Shown: positions 1 to 7,903 of the stretch, piece after piece
How the letters are laid out: each line of letters starts with the position of its first letter
Position numbering within the stretch: position 1 is the first letter of the stretch
Origin: Candidatus Hydrogenedentota bacterium
Lineage (GTDB): Bacteria > Hydrogenedentota > Hydrogenedentia > Hydrogenedentales > JAGMZX01
Assembly (NCBI GenBank): GCA_029556545.1
Contig: JAKQEQ010000193.1
Location: forward strand, 15,262-79,261
Length of the DNA: 64,000 nt
Direction: 5' to 3'
Notes under the pieces: model-generated
Database searches by the model: none
Seen by the model: the letters and a program-made list of their open reading frames with translations, nothing else
Told to the model about the DNA's origin: nothing
Program-made: the position numbers and the translations under genes

Positions 1-281
1 TTCAGCGGCTTGTAACGGAATAACATCAACCCCCATAGCAAGGTCATAAAGTAGATTACATGCGCCGCCCCGCCCACCAGCACCGCCAACGCCCCCGAAA
101 CCAGCGCCCCCGGCCACCCCAGTAAATTCGGCGCGTCGGCCAGTCCGTCCAGATACCGGTGCGAATACTGCTGGTGCGCGTCCGTCACCAACGCCAGAAA
201 GAGGAGGAGCGTAAGCATGAACAAGCAGACGCCGAGGATTTCACAACGCCGCTCATTTTCCAATTTATTTAGAAATAGCAT
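1..281 (-). CDS. ftsK: DNA translocase FtsK, N-terminal membrane region (5' part; runs off window start)
   Basis: Manual translation from ATG 281: MLFLNKLENERRCEILGVCLFMLTLLLFLALVTD...PNLLGWPGALVSGALAVLVGGAAHVIYFMTLLWGLMLFR. This fits the FtsK_4TM pattern (EIxG-TM, NxxGxxGA). Not in the ORF track because it is open-ended. Confidence 0.65.
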   Translation of the reverse strand, partial: MLFLNKLENERRCEILGVCLFMLTLLLFLALVTDAHQQYSHRYLDGLADAPNLLGWPGALVSGALAVLVGGAAHVIYFMTLLWGLMLFRYKPL

Positions 282-599
282 ATTCAGTACGCCGTCCAGC
301 GAATCGCCTTCCTGCTATGATGCGCTCATCTTAGCAGAGATTCTCCGGTTTTGCAACAACATATTGCGTATCTCACGCAGGGTATAACTACATATGGCCA
401 GGACGGCCCTGCGGAACGCTTGAGGAGTTTTCTCTTGACAACAAGACGCCCCGGCTCCCGGACATGCCGCACCTGCCCGCCGAAGAACCGGGTCCAACGG
501 CGGCAGCGTGCCGCGCGGCCATTGACTGCATCGCGCGCGCCGGGGTACCCTGCGGCGCATGGGTCGTTGTTGGCGAGCGTATCGAAAGGGGATCAGTCC

Positions 600-3569
600 A
601 TGAGCGCACGCAAATGGTTCGAGTCTGTCTTATTCGTGACGGGCCTGTTGTTACTTACGTTTGGAGGAACGGCCATGGCCTCCGAGATTTCCGAGAACGT
701 CTACACCGGCGAACTGGTGCGTTTCCCGGGGCCGTGGGCCTTCCACATTCCGCGGGCGCACATCATCCTCGTGAGCGATCAACAACTCATCGACCTTACG
801 GACCCGGACCGGGAAGTCGACATCGGCATGACGGGCACGCCGCGGGTGACGACGCTGAGGAAACTCTGCGAGCAGGCGCGCGCGGGCGGACAACGGACGC
901 TCATCTTCGCCTTCGACCACTTCTTCAGCCAGTACCGAAAAGGCCAGGAAGGCAAGCCGCGCGAGTTGCTGCCGGACACGGACGCCTACATCGGGCATAT
1001 CGCCAAAATCAGCAAGGTAGCGCAGGAGTACGGCATCGGCCTCGAATTGAGTCTGCTCAGCCCGCTCGAAATCGGCAAGGGCTATCACGAGCGCACGGGC
1101 GAGTCCGGCGTGTGGATGCACTACCGCGAAGGCCTGCGCGACCCGCGCACGGGCGCGTTCAGCGTGCAGTTCTGGCGGCAGACCAAGTGGTGCAACAACA
1201 AGGGCCCGATCACCGTCGAAGACGCGGGGGTACGGGCGTTCGCGTTCCGCGAGCGTGTCATCGACCGCACGCCCTACCGCGTCGTGCGGCCCGAGGATAT
1301 CGTCGAAATCACGGACGGCTTCACGGCGGAGGTGTGGGAGGGGACCGCGCGGCGCGCCGGGGACTATGAGGCGGTGCGCGTGTGCGTGCGGGGCGAGGGC
1401 GGCCCGCGCGGCTTTGACCGCGTGCTCGTGGTGCAGCAATACCGCACGCCCGAGATGGACTACTTCAGCGATTCGGCGTTGCCGTTCTTGCGGGACCTGG
1501 CGGACCGGTACGCGGACGCCGGCATCCTGCTGAACGGGCTGTATTCGGACGAGATGCACATCCAGCAGGACTGGCGGTATTTCAGCCACCACGACGCCGG
1601 CCAGTTCGCGCTCCGGTACGTGAGTCCCGGCCTCGCGAAACGCTTCGCCGATCACTACGGCGATCAATATCGCGACTTCGCGAAGTACATGGTCTATTTC
1701 GCTTATGCACAGGAGGACTTCACAAACGACCTCCGCGCGCGGGACGCCGCGATGCACGTGTTTGGCGATACGCCCGAGGCGGTGCGCGAGACCGCGTTAT
1801 TCCGGGCCCGGTACTACAAGTTGCTGCAGGACGGCGTGGTGGACCTCTTCGCCGAAGCGAAGCGCTACGCGGAGTCGCGCATGGGCCACCGGCTCGAGGC
1901 GCGCGCGCATCCGACCTGGGCCGAAAGCCCGACCATTGACGCCTGGGACACGGGCCGCCAGCAGCGCGCGCGCTTCCAGTACGAGTACACGCCGAATTTC
2001 ACGTGGTCGAACACGGTGCACCAGGCGGCGTCGGCGTGCCACGATTTCTTCAAGTGGAACGACTTCCTGACGGGCAACGGAAACGATCACGCGGAAGGCG
2101 GCTGGATCGACCGGAATTACTACGCGCCCGCGTTGGCGTGCTCGACGGGCATCCTCAACGACGTGCCGTATTCCTATGCCGCGCACTGGGGCGCGCCCGG
2201 CGAAGTGAGCCGGCGGCGTTCGGCCCTCGAAGCCGCCTACGGCGCGGCGGGCCATCCCGCGCACGGCATGGTCCAGAACCTCGAACACCGCGACGTGGAC
2301 GTGCTGATGCTGTATCCGCTCGACCTCGTGGCGGTCGAGGAACGGTTCGGCAGTTGGACCACCCAATACGGCTACGCGAACATGGTCCCGCAGGCGCAGA
2401 TTCTCGAACGCGGCGTCGTCAAGGACGGCGCCATCGAGATGGCGGGCCGTCGCTTCACGACCCTCGCGGCGACTTTCGAGCCGTTCCCGCGCCGGGCGCT
2501 GCTCGACATGATGCGCGCGCTCGCCGAGAGCGGCGGGCGGGTCGTCTGGTCGGGACCGCCCCCGTTGATCACCGCCGAGGGCGCGCCCGCGCTCGAAACG
2601 TGGCAAGCCCTGTTCGGTGTCGCCTACGTGCCGACCGTCGAGGACGGCCTGATCGCGCCAGGGCAGGAGGTGCGCTTCGAGGGCGCGCTGGCCCCCGTGC
2701 CGCCCCAGACGATCCTCACGCATTTCCTCGTGGACCGCGTGTATCCGGTGACGCCGGGCGAGGACGCGGCAACCGTGGCGCAGGTCGGCGACCACGTGGC
2801 GGGCACGGACAAGACGTTCCCCGGCGGCGGGCGCAGCGTATTCCTCGGGTTCCGCCCGCGCGACGACCAGGCGCGGAGCCTCGGCTATGAGACGCGCACG
2901 TGGTTCGAGACGCTCGACGCGCTGGGCGCGTACCCGCCGACGGGCGCGTTTCCGGACGCCAACGACAACACGGAGTACCTGTCGCGCACGACCGACTGGC
3001 TTTGCTGCCGGTTCCCGAACGGCGCGGTCTCGATCGCGCCGCACCTGCGCGACGTGCTCGAAGGCTGGCCGGGCGGCTTCGTGCGGAACCCGGAAGAGGA
3101 CGCCGAAATCATCAAGCACTTGGTCCTGCCGTCCGAGCGCATCGAACTCGCCGACTTCCAGGTCAACGGCCACCGCGTGACGTATTCAGGCGGCCGTGTC
3201 GTCACTTTCCGCGTGGACGAGCAAGGAAATCTGATCGCGTTCGCCGGGCATGACGCGAAAGAGATCGCCATCGACGGCCGTAACACCGCGTTCGCCGACG
3301 CCCCCATGCCGCTCGTCGCCTGGGCACCGGTCCAGCCCGAGCGGCGCGTCAAAGGCGGGGCGGTATTGTTGCTCATGGTGCATGGCGCGGGCGCGGTGCG
3401 TATCCCGGCCCACGGGCTGCCCGAAGAGATGCATTTCGTCGCCCAGGGGCCGACGCCGGGAAGCCGGGGCGCGGCCATATCCAGTCGCCGCGACGGCGAC
3501 GCCTTCGTGCTCACCATTGAGGCGGGTGCCTCGGGCGCGTGGCTCTACGGCATGCCGGGGCCTGCATAA
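600..3569 (+). CDS. large secreted protein, possible glycoside hydrolase (TIM barrel plus GATase-like domain)
   Basis: ATG 600 gives a signal peptide (MSARKWFESVLFVTGLLLLTFGGTAMA). Aromatic/acidic motifs include NGLYSDEMHIQQDW. The later GGRVVWSGPPP segment resembles GH42/GH106 accessory domains. Family uncertain. Confidence 0.55.
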   Translation: MSARKWFESVLFVTGLLLLTFGGTAMASEISENVYTGELVRFPGPWAFHIPRAHIILVSDQQLIDLTDPDREVDIGMTGTPRVTTLRKLCEQARAGGQRTLIFAFDHFFSQYRKGQEGKPRELLPDTDAYIGHIAKISKVAQEYGIGLELSLLSPLEIGKGYHERTGESGVWMHYREGLRDPRTGAFSVQFWRQTKWCNNKGPITVEDAGVRAFAFRERVIDRTPYRVVRPEDIVEITDGFTAEVWEGTARRAGDYEAVRVCVRGEGGPRGFDRVLVVQQYRTPEMDYFSDSALPFLRDLADRYADAGILLNGLYSDEMHIQQDWRYFSHHDAGQFALRYVSPGLAKRFADHYGDQYRDFAKYMVYFAYAQEDFTNDLRARDAAMHVFGDTPEAVRETALFRARYYKLLQDGVVDLFAEAKRYAESRMGHRLEARAHPTWAESPTIDAWDTGRQQRARFQYEYTPNFTWSNTVHQAASACHDFFKWNDFLTGNGNDHAEGGWIDRNYYAPALACSTGILNDVPYSYAAHWGAPGEVSRRRSALEAAYGAAGHPAHGMVQNLEHRDVDVLMLYPLDLVAVEERFGSWTTQYGYANMVPQAQILERGVVKDGAIEMAGRRFTTLAATFEPFPRRALLDMMRALAESGGRVVWSGPPPLITAEGAPALETWQALFGVAYVPTVEDGLIAPGQEVRFEGALAPVPPQTILTHFLVDRVYPVTPGEDAATVAQVGDHVAGTDKTFPGGGRSVFLGFRPRDDQARSLGYETRTWFETLDALGAYPPTGAFPDANDNTEYLSRTTDWLCCRFPNGAVSIAPHLRDVLEGWPGGFVRNPEEDAEIIKHLVLPSERIELADFQVNGHRVTYSGGRVVTFRVDEQGNLIAFAGHDAKEIAIDGRNTAFADAPMPLVAWAPVQPERRVKGGAVLLLMVHGAGAVRIPAHGLPEEMHFVAQGPTPGSRGAAISSRRDGDAFVLTIEAGASGAWLYGMPGPA

Positions 3570-3595
3570 AGGCACAGACAACGCAGTCAAGACTT

Positions 3596-3760
3596 GGGAC
3601 CGTCCACCGCGCGCGGAGAGGCCGACGCGCATTGCGCGGGTTCGGTTTGCCGGTGGGCGTCGTGGTGGCGACCCTTGGAGACTTGGATCGCTACGTCAAT
3701 TCACCAGCGTTGGTCTATCGAGACGCGCTAAGAGATGGAAGAGAGTTGTATGCCGCATGA
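3596..3760 (+). pseudogene. C-terminal remnant of a minimal nucleotidyltransferase (MNT) antitoxin
   Basis: ALRGFGLPVGVVVATLGDLDRYVNSPALVYRDALRDGRELYAA resembles the MNT C-terminus (PVDVVV...ALREGRxLY). The N-terminal GS..DxD motif is missing. Confidence 0.6.
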
Positions 3761-3843
3761 CGGGGAACGAGCGGATGCGCCTGCGAGATGGTTGGCGAAC
3801 GCCGTCGCCGACTTGGTCGAAGCCACGTTGACCAAATCGGGCT
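3750..3843 (+). pseudogene. N-terminal stub of a HEPN-domain toxin
   Basis: ATG overlaps the MNT remnant end. MPHDGERADAPARWLANAVADLVEA fits the HEPN first helix (WLxxAxxDL), but the following FHAQQAAEK motif is absent. Confidence 0.5.
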
Positions 3844-3896
3844 CATACCGCGGCGTCGCACTCCAGGAAGCGCATATGCGCTATTACCGCTCCTTC

Positions 3897-4202
3897 TTAC
3901 CGGTATGCGTCGCGGCGATCATCCAGCGTCAATAGAAAGACTATGCGCTTTGTGCGGTCCACTGTGAAGAATATCCGAAAGTCGCCAATGCGATATCGCC
4001 ATGTATCGGGCGCGTAACCCTTAAGCTTCTTGATATTGGGACCAAGGAACGGATTCTCGCGCAATTGCGGATAGACATACCGTCGCAGCTTACGTTGCAG
4101 GAACTCGGAGGCGGCTTTAGAAAGTCTTTCGAGGCGTCGCCGGAATTCGTCCGTCTCGAAGATTCTGAATTCAAACGAAGCGCCCCTGTCCCGTTTCGGC
4201 AT
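3897..4202 (-). CDS. RelE/ParE-family type II toxin
   Basis: NIKKLKGYAPDTWRYRIGDFRIFFTVD...RRDAYR is a typical RelE signature. Overlaps the upstream antitoxin. Confidence 0.9.
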   Translation of the reverse strand: MPKRDRGASFEFRIFETDEFRRRLERLSKAASEFLQRKLRRYVYPQLRENPFLGPNIKKLKGYAPDTWRYRIGDFRIFFTVDRTKRIVFLLTLDDRRDAYR

Positions 4203-4410
4203 TCTTCATTCCCCGCGTTAGACTGCGATTCAACGCGACGTTGGCCCGGATTTCCTCCATTTCGAAATCGTCCGCGAACTGCGCCGTTTCGACGTAGCGC
4301 AGGGCCGCCGTCTCGATGAAATTTGAGAGCGGCCGGTTTTCCCGCTCCGCCAAGACACGAAACCGCCGATAAGTCTCGTCCGGAAGTCGTAAAGTGACTA
4401 TCTTCGACAT
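4171..4410 (-). CDS. ribbon-helix-helix (CopG-like) antitoxin
   Basis: MSKIVTLRLPDETYRRFRVLAERENRPLSNFIETAAL is an RHH pattern. Lies directly upstream of the RelE gene. Confidence 0.85.
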   Translation of the reverse strand: MSKIVTLRLPDETYRRFRVLAERENRPLSNFIETAALRYVETAQFADDFEMEEIRANVALNRSLTRGMKNAETGQGRFV

Positions 4411-4549
4411 AGCACGTAGCGCCTCCCTTGCGCGCTGCAGCTTACATCTCCGCGCTTCGCGCGTGAAGCCGCCCGCAAACGTCGAGAACCTTCGTGGGGC
4501 GCGATAAAGCGGCCCCCACGCGAGCGCCTGAAAGCTAGTACCCGCAACT

Positions 4550-4578
4550 AGTTTACAATGCAATACATGCATTGTCAA
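4550..4578 (-). promoter_or_regulatory. sigma70-type promoter with overlapping palindromic operator for the RHH-RelE operon
   Basis: Minus strand reads TTGACA-N17-TAAACT. An inverted repeat ACAATGCA-N5-TGCATTGT (4555-4575) fills the spacer. Confidence 0.7.
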
Positions 4579-4786
4579 TCGCTTCGCCTGCAAACGATCC
4601 TGCTATCCTGCTCGTCGATCACGCGCTGACTTTCGCCGTAGTGTGCCCGCCCCGGGAGAACCTTCGCGGCACGGGTATCGCAGCCGCACGCCACTCGCGA
4701 AGTGTCGCCCTCATTCTGCGATTCGCACGCGGCGACACTGCTCCAGCGCTGTGTCCGGGCGGCAAGGGTCCCCGAGGCTCGGCTAA

Positions 4787-4835
4787 GCGGCAGTCCAGAA
4801 CCTGGACAAATCCAGTACGGTTTCTGGACTGCCGC
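4787..4835. repeat. 14-bp perfect inverted repeat / hairpin
   Basis: GCGGCAGTCCAGAA (4787-4800) and TTCTGGACTGCCGC (4822-4835). Confidence 0.8.
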
Positions 4836-5309
4836 CAGTCATCGCTTAGAAAACTAAACAATAGTTAATGCCAATTTGCATCGTAAGTGCCCTATTCGCA
4901 GTGCCTTGCGCCTTGCGCAAAAAGAATGGGTAACTTGGCAAGAAACTTGCTGCCCCTAATTCCAACGCGTCGCGTCCCCCCAGGACGTGACGGCATAGTT
5001 GAATGGACAATGGGAAGACGAAATAATCCAGGGGAACGTCAGGTATCTTCGGTGAGCGTTGTCGCCATCGCGTCCGAGCGACTCTCGGGCGCGATGGCGG
5101 GCGGGGCGGCGGTATCTATGCCTATTCCGGCCTTTGCAGGGGTTTGTTCGGAAACGTGAATAGTGCTATGATGTGGATAAAAGGGGGCTATGCCGGGGAG
5201 GAGACCGCCAAGGGGGCATTGCGAGAAAGGAGGGCGGGGGGTGTAGTTTCGACGGAGGTCGGTGAGGCAAGCTTGCGGAAAGCGGGTGATGGTGCGTAGG
5301 GCGCAAGAC

Positions 5310-6821
5310 ATGGATACGGAACGTGTCATCCAGGTGCTTCTCGTTGATGATGACGAATATCATGCCTTTCTTGTGGAGGAGTATCTCAAGGAATCGCATG
5401 GCGCGCGCTTTATTCTGGAATGGGCGAATACCTACGACAAGGGCCTTACGGCGATCAAGGAACGCCGCCACGACGTGGTGCTGCTCGACTATTATCTGGG
5501 CAAGGCCACGGGCATTGATCTCCTCGAAGCGTTTCCCTCGCTTACGTTCCAAGTGCCGGTGATTCTCCTGACCGGCCACGCGGATGAACGGATAGACTCG
5601 GAAGCCCTGAGACGCGGCGCTTTCGACTTCCTGGACAAGAACGACTTGAACGGGGCCGTCCTCGAACGGACGATCCGCTACGCGGTCCGGCATTTCAGCG
5701 TGCAACAGGCGTTGCGCGAGAGCAAAGAGCGATTCGAGGGGCTCTACCATTCCGTCTTCGAGGGCATTCTCGTGCATGACGGAGAACGTGTCCTGCACGC
5801 AAACCCTTCCCTACTCCGGATGTTGGGTCGCTCACAGGAGGATATCGCCGGGGCGTCGCTCTCGGCCGTTTTTAACGGCGCGCTTGCACCCATGCTGGGG
5901 GCGACGGTTCACGAGGGCGCCGCCGCGACGGAGCTCGAATTGCGCGCGAACGGCAATGAACCGCTCCTCGTGGAAGTGCGCGCCCGGCCGCATGTCTTCA
6001 ATGGCCGGGATGCGTACCTTCTGGCCGTTCGCGACGTCACGGAGCTCAAACGGCACCAGGCTGAGCTTCAGCGCATGAACGAGGAACTCGAAGGGCGCGT
6101 CGAGCAACGAACGGAGGCGTTGCGAAGAAGCAACCGGGACCTGGAACACTTCGCGCATGTCATTGCTCACGACATTCGCGCGCCTTTGTCCGCCGTGGGC
6201 CACCACCTTCAGGAAGCGCGTCTCGACTGTGCCCAGACAGCGGAAAGTGGGGAGGCGCAGTTGCAGTCGCACTTCCTCGACAAGGCGGTGGCGACCGTGG
6301 AGCGGCTCCAGGGATTGATCGACGCGGTGCTTGAATATTCGCGAATTTCCACCCGAGATCGGACTATGCTGCCCGTAGACCTGAACGGCGTGATGCAGGA
6401 CGCGCTGCTTTGCCTGGATTCGCAACTCAAGGAGGCAGACGCCACGGTCATCGCGCCGCGGTTGCCCGTGGTGCAAGGCGACCCGATTCTGCTCGTCAAT
6501 CTTTTCCTGAATCTCTTGCAGAATGCGCTCAAGTACCGAGGCGAGGTATCGCCCCAGGTGAACGTTTCCGTCCGCGAGAGGGGCGCCTTCTGGCAACTTC
6601 AGGTGTCCGACAACGGCATTGGTTTCAGGGGCGAGGAAGCGCACGACATTTTCATTGTGCTGCATCGCGGGGAAAACTCGACTGCGTACCCCGGAACGGG
6701 ATTGGGCCTGGCGACGTGCAAGAAGATTGTGGAACTGCATGGAGGGCGAATCTGGGCGGAGTCGACGCCCGGCCAGGGCGCTACGTTCTTCTTCACGCTG
6801 CCGAAAACCGAGGTGAGGTGA
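5310..6821 (+). CDS. hybrid sensor: receiver-PAS-histidine kinase
   Basis: Receiver motifs VLLVDDD/LLDYYLG, a PAS segment, H-box AHDIRAPL, N-box NLLQNALKY, and G boxes DNGIGF and GTGLGLA. Confidence 0.93.
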   Translation: MDTERVIQVLLVDDDEYHAFLVEEYLKESHGARFILEWANTYDKGLTAIKERRHDVVLLDYYLGKATGIDLLEAFPSLTFQVPVILLTGHADERIDSEALRRGAFDFLDKNDLNGAVLERTIRYAVRHFSVQQALRESKERFEGLYHSVFEGILVHDGERVLHANPSLLRMLGRSQEDIAGASLSAVFNGALAPMLGATVHEGAAATELELRANGNEPLLVEVRARPHVFNGRDAYLLAVRDVTELKRHQAELQRMNEELEGRVEQRTEALRRSNRDLEHFAHVIAHDIRAPLSAVGHHLQEARLDCAQTAESGEAQLQSHFLDKAVATVERLQGLIDAVLEYSRISTRDRTMLPVDLNGVMQDALLCLDSQLKEADATVIAPRLPVVQGDPILLVNLFLNLLQNALKYRGEVSPQVNVSVRERGAFWQLQVSDNGIGFRGEEAHDIFIVLHRGENSTAYPGTGLGLATCKKIVELHGGRIWAESTPGQGATFFFTLPKTEVR

Positions 6822-6851
6822 GGCGCGCTGTGTTCGCGCGGGAGACCAGGA

Positions 6852-7784
6852 ATGAAGCACATTCTAGCGGTGGACGACGATGTCGGATTGCTTGATCTGC
6901 TCGGCAAGGCGCTGGCCCCGCGCGGCTATGCGCTGTCCGCCGCGCATCGCGTCGGCGGCGTGCTGGAGAAGGTCCGCGAGGTCAAACCCGATTATCTGCT
7001 GCTGGACGTTATGCTGCCGGACGGCGCGGGCTATCAGGTGGCGCGCGCGGTGCGCGGCGACGCCCGCTTGAATCATATGCCCATACTCTTCATCTCGACG
7101 TTGAATGACGGCCCGGAAGTGGCGCACGCGATGAAGCAGGGCGGCGACGCCTACCTGACAAAACCCTTCACGCTCGAACAGTTGCTGGACCGGCTGCGCT
7201 CGCTGGACGCGTTGACCGACAGATTGTCCGCGCCTGACGCCAAGACGGGCTTGCTTCACGTCGAGGCGATAACACGGGAAATCGACCGGCGCATTCTCCG
7301 GCACGAATCCTACGCGTTGTGCTATTTCACCATAAGGAATTTCCCCGCCTACCAGAGTGTGCGGCCGCCCGCCGACTGCGAACGGGTCATTGCCTGGGCC
7401 GCCTCCCTGCTGCGGGAACAAGCCCGGGACTTGGCGCTGCGCGACACGCGTCTCGCGTACGTGGGTGGCGGCCATTTTCTCGTCTTGGTGCATCCCGATG
7501 AAGACCGCAAGTACTGCAAGGCCGTTAACGCGCTATTCGATGACGGCGTGAAGCAGTTCTATCGGTCCTTCGAGGTCGAACAAGGCTATACCGTCAACAC
7601 GCCCGCGCAAGGCGTTTACGAAGGCGCGCGGCTCATGCGCTTGCACATCGTCATACTGCGTTCCGACGAGCACGATTTCAAGAGTTCGCACGAAGTGCTG
7701 AAGGCGTTCCAGAGGGCCGTTGAATCTCCCGACGAGGAGAAAACGCAAGCGGTCTTTCGTTACTATCAGAAGTACAAGTGGTAG
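6852..7784 (+). CDS. response regulator with degenerate GGDEF-like domain
   Basis: Receiver motifs ILAVDDD, LLDVMLPD, YLTKPF. Then DAKTGL and LAYVGGGHFLV where GGDEF/GGDDF is expected. Confidence 0.85.
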   Translation: MKHILAVDDDVGLLDLLGKALAPRGYALSAAHRVGGVLEKVREVKPDYLLLDVMLPDGAGYQVARAVRGDARLNHMPILFISTLNDGPEVAHAMKQGGDAYLTKPFTLEQLLDRLRSLDALTDRLSAPDAKTGLLHVEAITREIDRRILRHESYALCYFTIRNFPAYQSVRPPADCERVIAWAASLLREQARDLALRDTRLAYVGGGHFLVLVHPDEDRKYCKAVNALFDDGVKQFYRSFEVEQGYTVNTPAQGVYEGARLMRLHIVILRSDEHDFKSSHEVLKAFQRAVESPDEEKTQAVFRYYQKYKW

Positions 7785-7903
7785 GCGCGCGGGCCGGCGA
7801 ACGACGCGGGGCGGACTTCGGCGGGGGCGGGGGGGGACGATCATTGGCTCTGTCAATTCGACACTGAAGTGCGCGCTGAAGCGCGAAGGACGGCCCAAGG
7901 CCC

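Noticed and set aside
5181..5242. G-quadruplex candidate upstream of the hybrid kinase (also near 7807-7838)
   Set aside because: G runs with long loops are expected by chance at this GC content, and there is no independent support.
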